Source: Balanoglossus misakiensis
Taxonomy: Eukaryota; Animalia; Hemichordata
DNA: 64,000 bases
Reading direction: 5' to 3'
Assembly (NCBI GenBank): GCA_040954595.2
Contig: CM082580.2
Span: forward strand, 11,050,909 to 11,114,908
Below are positions 1 to 11,300 of the stretch, piece after piece. Positions within the stretch are counted from its first letter, which is position 1. The number at the start of each line of letters is the position of its first letter. A program made the position numbers and the translations under genes. The notes beneath the pieces were generated by a model, which saw only the letters and a list, made by a program, of their open reading frames with translations, made no database searches and was not told the origin of the DNA.

Positions 1-12
1 GGCGAGTTTAAG

Positions 13-106
13 ATATCTTACAAAATGGAGTGCCACTTCCTGATGGTTACCTTTTTGGTTATATGAGAGAGACCAGGAAACATGTGCAAATGTACCAAAG
101 AATGAG
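13..106 (+). CDS. Putative penultimate coding exon of an unidentified convergent plus-strand gene (ILQNGVPLPDGYLFGYMRETRKHVQMYQRM)
   Basis: Open frame between a weak TTTAAG acceptor (AG 11-12) and a good donor GAG|GTAAGC at 107. It joins in frame to the exon at 700. The window edge hides the upstream context. Confidence 0.4.
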
Positions 107-699
107 GTAAGCGTTTAAGGCCCGTGTTGGTGGTATTTTGATGTGTTCGCCCGCAGTTCACAACTCGTAGCTGATGCCTGAGTACAGATATTGGTATGCT
201 GCGTTGCACACTATAGCCGACAGCAGGCAACAAGTGGGCGACCCAAATGAAAGAAAAAGAGGGGAAAAGAAAACAGAAAAAGAAACAATGAAATGAAATG
301 TGGGAAATGAAAAAGGCATCTGTTACGATTAATACTGTTTAAGTATATTAAATATTATATTTCCAGATAAGATGATGGAACAACCATTAGTTATAGGTCG
401 GTGGCGTCACGAGAAAAGGAAATACTTAGTATGCGAACATAAGGAGACAAAACTATAAGAAACAGTATTTTATATATACAGGATTGATCACTAATAGGGG
501 AAGTGAATATACTTGTTAATTAGTTATTCAATGTATAAAGAGTTAGATATAGGTAATTTACAAATGTGGCGTGTGGTGTTACTTTCCTCTCGAGCGGAAC
601 GTTACGTTTACAACCTTGGAAATATCACAACGTTCCATATCGACGTAACTGGCCATTTCATTACCTAACCTTGATCTTACATCAGCTTTTCCCTTTCAG

Positions 700-733
700 G
701 TATAACAGGCAGCTGTCGTTGGAAACGGTTTAG
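700..733 (+). CDS. Putative terminal coding exon of the convergent gene: (R)YNRQLSLETV*
   Basis: Branch-like CTAAC at 665-669, pyrimidine tract CTTTTCCCTTTCAG|G, TAG at 731-733, and AATAAA at 938-943 downstream. Confidence 0.45.
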
Positions 734-904
734 CTTTCAACATCGGATTAAGAAAAAGAAAAACTGTCTACTCTGTATTTTCGGAGATGCTCAAAGTACA
801 AACAAGCTTAAGAGTAGAGAGGTTATCATTGGAAACATTTTAGCTTTAGGCATCTGATTGATTTTAGGAGACACTCAAAGTACGTAAAAGTTTAAGAGTA
901 AAAG
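713..904 (+). repeat. Degenerate direct duplication, two copies offset by about 110 bp
   Basis: TTGGAAACGGTTTAGCTTT...CTCAAAGTACAAACAAGCTTAAGAGTA versus TTGGAAACATTTTAGCTTT...CTCAAAGTACGTAAAAGTTTAAGAGTA. Confidence 0.75.
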
Positions 905-937
905 CCTTTTAACGGTTGATAAAATTCTTCATAAAAC

Positions 938-943
938 AATAAA
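938..943 (+). terminator. Candidate polyadenylation signal of the convergent plus-strand gene
   Basis: AATAAA about 205 nt after the TAG, followed by T-rich sequence. Confidence 0.35.
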
Positions 944-1086
944 ATTCATTTTAGTTTTGGCAAGAATAATGTAGTGCTTTGTCGAGTTTTCTGCTAACGG
1001 CTAAAATTTCATATATATGAAAGCTGTGGATAGACTAAGGCATTTCCATCGATTGTCAGTTAATGTCGACAGTTTGACCCAGGCAT

Positions 1087-1092
1087 TTTATT
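1087..1092 (-). terminator. Candidate polyadenylation signal of the receptor long-tail transcript
   Basis: TTTATT on plus equals AATAAA on minus, about 1 kb after the stop at 2080. Confidence 0.4.
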
Positions 1093-2079
1093 GTCCCTAT
1101 AAAACTATGACTAAATACTCTCGAGAGAATGCTATCAGACTGAGGCGCATGACTTAGGGTATTCTTTGAATCAGCTGACTCAACCGTGTGTTAGCACCTA
1201 TCAGGCACCTTCAAAACATTTAAGCTAAAAAAAGGCCATATACTGTTCGCTGTAAGTAAATGTCTATCGTCTGCTGTACGATATGACACTCACAAAAGTA
1301 TCCGAAATGTTGCCAGTCCTGAAAATCAGTCTGGTCTTTGAGGTTAAACTTTAGGCAAGAAATGTCTCACATCACAGTCACTATATATTCACAAGTACCT
1401 GTCAAGACCTGTCATGTAAAATCTCTTGTTACTGGCTTATGATGCCAGTTTTAAAAAAATATTTTAAAATTATATTAATTAAACGTCAAATCGACAAACG
1501 TTCGGAGATTCAAGATTGTACGGTTCTTGTCACATTAATCCGAGAGGTCATTTTCGATGATAATTGTCACTGCCATGACGCGTTACTTGTCACAAGATCG
1601 ATAAACAAAATCAGGAAGTTAAGAATTCTTTTCCTCTAGAAATATCGTCCAGCTTAGCTGCATCCGGGTACTCCCTGCATAAGCTTGAATGATCAACACC
1701 AAATTATACGGAAACAGAGACAAATCATCGATCTTTTCATGCAAATTTAACCTCGCAGTTCATCACGGTAGTAACGACAGTGAAGTAATTGTTATTTGCA
1801 ATTCACAGATTTCTCCAGACAAATTTGGCCTTACAAGTGCTGCTCTGCCGCGGCATTGCGAGTCTCAGACCTGGAAATTTCAAAGCGCAATTTAATAACC
1901 CGGGATTTTGAACAAAAGGGTTAAGTTTACGCACAAAGAATGTAGAAACTCGTGAAAAGGCCCTGAATAGTCCAACCATCACACAATCGAATTGAGAATG
2001 TGATCCTGATATTAGAAAACTCATCAGAGTTTTCAACGAAGTTCCAACACTAAGGCGAGTTATTGTGCTGCGGCCTACG

Positions 2080-2391
2080 TCACACAAGTGATGTGTTCAC
2101 GTCATTGTTATCAGAGTTCCGCCTACAATACTCTTCTCGCAGGAGGGCGTTCTGACTATTGGAATTGTGATTGTTTTCACACTGGACTGTCGAATTGTGT
2201 CTTTGGTTGTTGTTCAGCTTAGTGTACTTTCCGGGACTATCGGCAACGTTTTTCCGCCGCTGTTCGGGAGTATCAACAACGGTCATTACCTCAGACGTCG
2301 TGGTGTACAAGGATTTGGCGCGAATGCGGAAGTCGCTCCCCCGTCGGGCTTGCACATAGTTCCTGTACTTCCTCGATATTTGACCTCGAAT
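2080..2391 (-). CDS. Receptor coding exon 14: helix 8 and long C-tail ([21 protein letters not shown]...DVNTSLV*)
   Basis: Pyrimidine-rich acceptor ...TTTGTTTCCAG at 2392-2393. 312 nt, phase 0, in frame after NGE. Basic amphipathic start, Ser/Thr-rich middle, ends S-L-V. Confidence 0.88.
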   Translation of the reverse strand: MRGQISRKYRNYVQARRGSDFRIRAKSLYTTTSEVMTVVDTPEQRRKNVADSPGKYTKLNNNQRHNSTVQCENNHNSNSQNALLREEYCRRNSDNNDVNTSLV

Positions 2392-5300
2392 CTGGAAACA
2401 AAAAGGGGCAAGGACGTTTTTATTTCGACATCACTGTACACACGGGCAGATTGCTGTAGACGCATCACACACACACACACCGTACATTCATACAGTTACT
2501 ATGCTTCGAAAATCACGTGATGATAAAGTCTTGTGAACGACTAATGTTAATTCTTTAGCAAAATGTATTTACTCAGCTTGTCCATACAATGAATTCGTGA
2601 ACAAAGCCTAATTAATAAATCACTCGACTACAAGAAATTTCAACAGAGACATCACGCATTTCCTCTCCAACAAAGACATAAGACGAGAAACGAAACGAGA
2701 AAGAACAAAGTAAACTATGAGAAATTGTAGGTAGGTTAATTTGTAGGGACTAGTCTGAATGAAACTTATGCAGTAAATGGAGAACACCACACCAATCTGA
2801 AACTATTCTTATTTTGAGGTTGATGTTAATTTTTACCTTAACCCGGATATAAATGGAGGATTATCAGAGGCAATGTAATAATGATTATTTTCATGGCTGA
2901 TGGAGTAAATGCGATGTCAATGGTTGGGTTAAAATGTCACAGACGGAAATCTACTTCTACGCATGAGTATGAGTGATTAAATATAAATGTAATGCTAAAG
3001 GTCAGTGTTTTTTCTATGGATAACTGTTTGGCATTGACGACAAAACTTGCGAGTATTCACGGAATATATCTACACCATCTGAAATGCTACCCAACACTCC
3101 AGCCTCACCCCCTGGTATAGCGTTTCGCTGCTTGGATACAGTTGCTACGGGCGCATCTAAGTTTTAAGGATACAACGGGAGAGAGAATAAATGCTACATT
3201 GGGTAAAGCGTTGGGACCAATCCATGCAGTCTAATGGAGGAAGAATATAGAACACGGTTATTCTACAATCAAAATTAAACGACAGGCAACGACTCAAGGT
3301 TTGAGGAATCAATGGGTGGTGTCCACAAATGTCACAAAGGCCGAGATTTTCCTTTTGATTTTTGACTGTGATGGTTGTCTTTCTAACATTTTAGTAATTG
3401 TGTGAAAAAAATGAGGAGCATGTCCTCGGAGATAGTGCAGGAGACGTCAAGACAACAACAAAAAGTGAACGGAGAGGAAAAGATTAAAAAAATATCGAGA
3501 TACACAATATCTCGGAAAAAGTATATAAAAAACTCGCCGTAACGTTTGTAAAAATACACTAAACAAAAACTTCCAGCCTACAGTAATAGTCTGCAAAAAT
3601 GAGTAACAAAATGTGGCGATCTGAGCGATCCAGGGCATACTGTGATTTATTGAGAGAAGTTCTAATCAGGCAACCAACCAACGAACGGAAGTTTCCTTAA
3701 AACCCGCGAATCGCACAAAAACAAAGGACGACTGCTAAAAAAATAGAAAATAAATAAATCGTTATGGAACACCACACAAAAAATAGAAAAAATGGAAACT
3801 AACTTTTGGCGGATCATGCAGATGTAGTTGAAGTTGTCGGTTTGTAGGCGGATGACTTTTTTGGAGCATGCGCAGATGATGATGAATTAGACAGGGGGTG
3901 GGCTAAAAGAAAATTCCGTATGTATCTATAGATTGTGTCCATTACCTCGCCGTTGAAGAAGCAGTAAATACAGGCGACAAAGAAACCCTGTTGAATAGAA
4001 AGAAAACACAATAGCATTAGAAAATTATCAGATATACAATGTATAATGGTAATAACTTTTTTCAACTATCTGTTGTGAAGCTCTTGTGACATTGCGGAGT
4101 TTTAGCATTTCGTATTGTAATAGTAAATGTCGGTGTATTCTGTAGTTGATTTGTTTCTTAACATTAGCATGCTTCCGGGTGATCATAACGTCAACGCGAT
4201 AGTGCGTCAGTACGAACAAACCCTCCACAAAATATCAGCTTCCTTCCTGTCTACTGCCCTCTGTGTTTGAACATAAAGCGTGATTCTGATAATACCTGAA
4301 CTTCCAATGTAAGAAGCGTCCTACAATATGACAGATCGAAAATCAAAGGGTGGTGCGTTTGTTGAATCATCGACAACTTGCGCATATGACATTGGAAAAA
4401 GTGCAGTATAGAGACAACGAACATAATTGTACTTCTCATTTATTTAATTGAAGTGTATGGAACTAAAGTTTTCGGAACACGCGAGTATATCACCTATGAT
4501 ATGCAATTAAATTTGGATTATATTTTCTCTTCGGGCAAGCTAAAACAAAAGAAAACGCAAACATTCTCCTGTCTATATGCTAATAAAGCGCCTGCAATAT
4601 ATTAGCGCGGCTCTTAGTACACTTAGAGAATACAGGCCCTCCGGTGGGCCTGGCTATCGCATCTCCAATAACTGCACAAGAATTACAAACAAATTGCAGC
4701 GAGGAAAGATAGTACTGAGTTTGCGTCGCCACTGGCGATGTAATTAAAATTTGCGAGACAAAAGTCTCCAATGTCCCCGGAGCTACGGTCATTTGAGACT
4801 CCCTCTCGTGGTTGTCTTCTACAGCACAACACAGACCGAGGGGAATCTACCGCGTCTCAATACTTCCACGTCGATTTAGAAGTTTTACATGCAACAACAG
4901 TATCCAGGGCAGTGTATAAAGTCGACGGTGGTTGATACATGCAGCCCGATTCTCTGGTGAATCCCGTTTGCAACTGTCATAGCAAGATCGAGACTCGGAA
5001 ATGCAAATAATCGAAGCCATCACGGAGATGATATCCGTTTGGTTATAATTAAATTGACCCCTGATTGCCCCCGAACTATGACAAATTGATGCCATGACGA
5101 TAATTCCCCGGTGGGCGGACTCGTCTTTCCCGTAGATATGAGGGCGGTGAAATTTCGCCTGGAATTCGCGCTCAAAATGGTGTCTGATTCTGAAATGATA
5201 CTTTGATTTGATTTGATGGGGGATGTGTCGGATCGATCTATGTCACGGTCAACTATTAAAAGCTCCAGAAGTCGACGATGCGTTATACTGTCCGTCTTCT

Positions 5301-8300
5301 ATGAAAGCTGCTTGATCACAATTTGAGCAACGACGCGTTTCATTTGTTCAAAAATGAATTCAGACCCAAGATGAATTTGTTGTGCAACATATTCAAGCAA
5401 GGCAATCAATTCACACATAACGAACTGAAGAGGGTGGAATTATCTAGTCTATGTGTTCACCCGCTGAACATACATCATGCTGCGAACTATACCCTCGCTT
5501 CACAAATCCCAGTGGTATAGGTCTAGTGGACCAGAGACGTATTTCAATTTTTAAATCATGTTGTCACGGTTCTGAGACATATTGGAGATCTGAAGAAATA
5601 ATGCTCTAGGTGCTCGTTGGGAATCATTGTGGCAGCTCTTTAACGTTTTGCATCTACAGTTGTACCTGGATTTTCTTTTTTTAATTTTTACAATCTGCAA
5701 GAGGGGATTTATACATGTACCGGTATACCGGATGTGTGATGGCGAACACATGTGACTCCGCGCAATACGTATTATTTTATTACTCGCTGTATGCACAATT
5801 TCATCAAATATGACATAAAAGAAGGCTTTACCTGAAACGCTATGAGTATAGCGATCACTAGATCGTAAATCTTTTCGCCTAAGCCACCTTTGGCGGGCTG
5901 GAAAGGCATTATGATGAAGTGAAGTCCTAAGAGGGGAAGCAAAATCAGCGTGGCCCGCACAGCTTTCCTGAAAAGAGAGAAAAAACAGAGATGGTTTCGA
6001 TTTCGAAGAAAACAAGTGTGTGCAATGCACTGCGAATCCAGCCCAGCGGCGCATTTCATGTTATTTGTAGCAAATAGTGAAATCCCCGCTCACCAAACAA
6101 ATTTATGCGAATCGCCAATAGCAGGCTTTGTGGAGAGCTAAACTATAATGCATGGATTATACATGGGAGTTTCCGCGGCAGCATGTTTGATATCATCCGA
6201 CAGGAGGACACGTCCAGTTTTATGTCGGATATAAATGCAATTTAAAATCAAACGTTTCTGGTACAGATCATTTACAGGGATGTATACATTTTCATCGAAA
6301 TTACCTGTAATTATGAGTGTCAGGAGTGTGTGTAGCTCGCAGCTTGGTTATGAGTACTCTCACAATATTCAGCAGAAGTACTAGATTTACCTGGACAAAA
6401 GGAAAGGAGAATTGAGATGATGAAACATTAAAACGTTTTTTTGGCAAAGGCGACACAACAAACATTGAGCATGGAGTACAGTTTGTTGCTGTTGTTGTTT
6501 GGATGATAATCATCTCTTTACAAGCATGGTGCAAACAGTAGATATGCAAATGCGCAGTTCCTCATCTAAATGTCATTGGCTGAGACCAGGTCACATGGTA
6601 CAAGTCACACTCAAAAATCCTTACCGCTAGAACAGCTATGATAGGCCCGGCAATTATGAATTCGTAATGTGTCTCACCAAGCCAGCAACTGTAAAAAATA
6701 AAGTAGTCACTTCTTAAGTCATTGATAATTGCAAACAGAAGAAAGGGCGTTCCCAGTTTTTTTGCATGTATGTGCAAAATCATCCCCCACTTCCATTTTA
6801 GGACTGTGATCGGCAATCACTCAAGTTCACAAATCTCCCATAGATTGACTCACCACGCCACATTGACAATATTCTACAATCACGACACACGCGTAATGAA
6901 TACTCTTGAGGTTGACATCACACAATGAACGCAATGCATTTTAAATTCGATGACGTCACTTACCTGCCGTGCGATTCTACTGCACGTAGAACAGTGTAAA
7001 TTGTTACTGGGATAAAGGGCGCAACTGGAAGAAGAAAAAAATATGAAATTAAATCGATATTAATGTGACGCAGGCATTAATCTCGAATCCACTGTGTTAT
7101 GGATTGATAGAAAATAGAAATGAAAATACAATATGTCAGAGCTCCTCAGTGATAAATGAGTCTTCTTTTCAACAGTTACGTGAAGGTCTACTTTCTTTTT
7201 AATTTGAATGAATCATTTGTCCAACTACACATGTATGAATGGTTTGTTATGACTTGCGCGAATATAGACAACGACAAATTGTACATTGAACCAGCTTGTT
7301 CACCATGCTCATGTGAACAAAAAAAGAACTGCACCCATTCTACTATCATGCAAAGCCTGACTTGTATTACTTGGCTATACCCTTTGCTACAGTAATTAAT
7401 CAAGCCTCGCAAGATCTCGCAATGAGTGGAAAACCGTCTATTCTCACCCCCCCCCCCCCTTTACGAGATTTATGCGAATACCGTCTAAGATATACTCCTA
7501 GTTGCTATCTGTTTCACATTAATTTCCTTGCAGGTTTCAATGGCGTTAATACTCCGCCGAAACAATATATCTCCATTTCTATTAATTGAGTTTTGTGACA
7601 ACAGGATATTATTTTCAATATTCCTAAGTGCACAGAAATGACTGCGTCCATAAGTCTGGTTTAATTTCCTATAATCCCCTAATGGTGTGAGAGTTATTTC
7701 ATTTAGCCCAAAAACGTGACTTCATGGTTGCAATTAATTACGGTGTGACCATACTGCAAGAGCCAAATGTTCTGCCATTATGCCTGCCTGAAATGACACG
7801 GAAACACCTTCAATTATCCTTCAGTAGCATTCGATTTTACGTCATTTTGATTCCCAGATGTATCTGCAAGCTTCATGGATTAATTTCCTAATTGGTGATT
7901 AAGATAAATACTAATTTAATTCGCAACATCTTATCGCCTATGCGCATGCATTTACACCCAAACTACATTTGGTCACATGTAGGGTAGCTGGCTACAATTT
8001 TGCATGTCGCTCGGATCCGGTACAGGTTTCCTTCTGGTCACATTTAGCTTATTATAGGAATTGTGAGATGTTAGTGTGCATACTTCCTCGCATTTTGTGG
8101 GATAAAGAAATCTATGTGCAATGCTCAAATTTCTATCAATTAGTCACAATTTCCCTTGCGCAAGCGATACAAGATACTGCGAATACTGCAGTGTCGATGC
8201 CGCGTTGTGTGTTAGAAATTCTCCCATTGCGCTGGCTGGCCGAGAAACAAATTGCGCCCTCGGGCGATTCCACTTACCCCAGCCTAATAAATAATACCAC

Positions 8301-11300
8301 AGCAAACGGCTCCTTTCCGAAAAGACGGCTACGACGATGAGAGTGTGCAAGTAGATACCCTCGCACAGCATCCAGAAATAATTGCAAGTCCAGAAGTACT
8401 GCGTCATCACGTTCAACATTTTGCACGCAACTTGTACACCCTGCAGAGAATGAGAAAAAAATACATGAAAAAGAAATTAAGCATTGTTGTTAATGCAAAT
8501 CTGGGCCGTCGGTAATTCTCTAAATGTTTTTGAAATTCCCCAAGCAGGGGTAATGAAATTCTGATCGATGCACGGTGGCTTCAAGATGATTGATGGATCT
8601 GACAATTTAATTACATCAGCGCGGGGCTTCGGCCCTCTGAGCTACGTCTCAAATTCAAATGCAAAAACATCATGCATATATCAAGCAGTCTGTACTATTT
8701 GCCTGTACTTTCTTAAATTTTGACCAATTACAAAGACGATAAAAATTTGAACACATATTCTCCCCAGACAAAGAGCATAACGCGATTTTCATTTTGTAAC
8801 AGTTTAGTTAATGCGTTTTGGTGGTACAGATCTTGAATGGTTTCGACTTTGAATACACCAAGGCATACTCTTACGTTCTATAACAAGCTGCCCAATTGGA
8901 CGCGTGCTACCAGTCCGAGAGTATATTTCACGTTTCCAATTGGAACATGAACCGTAAGGATCATAGCCAGCTTCTATCAAGCAGAAACGCTCGAGTTTTC
9001 CGGGGTTAGCTTTCAAAGACTTAAACTGGTTAGAACCCCAATTGTACCATCTATTTCTGTTAAACGTAATAACGTTAATTATTTCTGACTGCCTCCATGA
9101 TCGTATTCCGAGTCAACGATCCACGATGGACGTCAGGTACATGTATGGATCTTTGAGCAAACCAAGTGGAAAGGGGTTTCTCAGTTTTAATCTCTTTCAA
9201 AAATTCAGCAGAGCGGGAAATTGAGGTAGAAACGCATGTTACATGGCGATTTGGACCAAATCCCATATTTTCCAAGAATTTGGTTTGTCCCATGGCATAG
9301 CATCGTACTACATAGTACATGTAGGAAACTTGGTGAAAAAACTTCACCAGTCTTTTCTCTTGTAAACATGGCCCTGAAACAAATCGTGCGTGCAGCAAAC
9401 TTCACTTCTCAGAAGAATGATAATGCCCAGAAGGGGTTTTAAACCGCCCTGCTATAGTAGGCATGTGCATGTTGTTATACCAAATCAAGATTCGTGACGG
9501 CTTATACTTTTTGGCGAACTAGAACCTCAAGAAATCACGTGCAGTGCCAGGGAGCACAGAATCTTCTTTGAATTGTTGACGCATTTACAAAAGTCCGACG
9601 TACACGCATCTGTACATGTTAAGGAAGCGACCCCGTGAAAACAAATCTTTCCAGCGCGAAGACTGCGGAACTGTCGCTAAGGGAGAAATAAAGTGCTATC
9701 TGTTGAAGGCATGTTATCGTAATGTGATGTGATTTTTATTGTTACTCAGACAACACTGTTCAAGGTTAAGACAAACTGACAAAGATAATTCTGCCCTCCA
9801 GAACAACTGTCACTCGTTTTACTACTTTATGACTGCAACAATCCGACTCCTCGGTCATTTCGGATACGGCTTGCCTGTACAAGGTCTTGATTAATCTGTA
9901 CATGTGTAAAATGAAACGTCACGACTTAAAGTTGAACATTGAGGTGACATTGTGTACCAGGCCAAACCCCCTTTTAGAGTCCATGACGGGTCATCCTTTG
10001 ACGCATGGTATATGTGTCAGCTCACGAACGGGTATCGCAGCCTGCATGACAAAAGGTATCCTAATCAGTATAATATGAGGAGGAAACGCCAAATTGCGCA
10101 GTGATATTTGCTTTTCCTTGTGATCAGGCTAGTTTCACAACCTGTGAAGTCCTAGCCTGAGCCGTATTAATGTAGTTCGAAGAACACAGAGCAACGGATT
10201 ACCAAGGCCGTTTTCTAACGATGCCCATGCATGATTTAATGAAGAATTCACGCCAAACACTTCCCTTCTGGGAGTCTTTTTAATTTTTCTTCCACGATCC
10301 CCATCCTGAGGGCAAAATAAACCACGGGCGAACGTCGGGGGGATGCAGCAAGTATGCACAAGTCGTACGACTGTTGCCACAGGATTGGGAGAGAAACAAA
10401 ATTAAGATTTGATATCTGTAACCTTAGAGAACCCGTAAAACTTGATAGATCGGTTTTCACAGTGCAAGGCATAGGGTAGAATGAATAACACGGTATCCAC
10501 GCAACCAACAAGTGTCCCCTATCGATCTCATATTTCTCGTATCGTGTACTTCCGTCCAATGTTATCATCATCACGCTTCGTTTCTTCGGCTACGTGTACA
10601 TGAAAACAAATCCATTAAGCATGTACCATACCTGCTCAATTCTTGTAACTAACACCTAAAATTCGTGAAATCTTATATGTCGGACTTTTAGCAAGGCAAA
10701 AATGAATTTTTTTACTAGATCTGTCTTGTTTCGGAAAATAAAGGGTTTCGGATATTGAAATTTTAACCATTTGGCCGTATCATGCGCCAGCCTCAGTGTA
10801 CCATCAGTCAATACGTTCGGTTTAGAAATGGTTCTTGCATGATTTGCAAGTGGCTGTCTGATGTTATCACTAAACACAGTGTATATCTGTATTATAGCTC
10901 TGTCCAATTTTAAGCTGTATCGTTGAGGGTGTGTCTAACAAACAGACATCGATTGAGACATCACGGTGATGCGAATTTCTGCCAACGCCTATCCGAACAC
11001 ACTCCGCAATCACGGATACCATAGTGGGGTCCCTAAGACTTCACCCTACGGGGACTAAAGGACACCCGATCTATCAACATTACTGAAGAATTAATATTGC
11101 TTCCAATCTGTAACTCATGCCTGGATTTTGATTCCTTGTATGGTATCGATTTCCGTTAGCTACGATCTTGCCTGGAGTGGTACCGATGCAAAACTGGAAG
11201 AAAATTAGCCTAGCCAGATTTCTTTTCGAAAATAACAAGTGGCAGAAAATGTTGTCAGCGCATAGGCCCTCAAGGCAAGAATAAGAACGGGAATCAAAAC

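Noticed and set aside
5551-6054. 167-aa minus-strand ORF
   Set aside because: An off-frame overlap of receptor exon 12 running into intron, with no recognisable domain.
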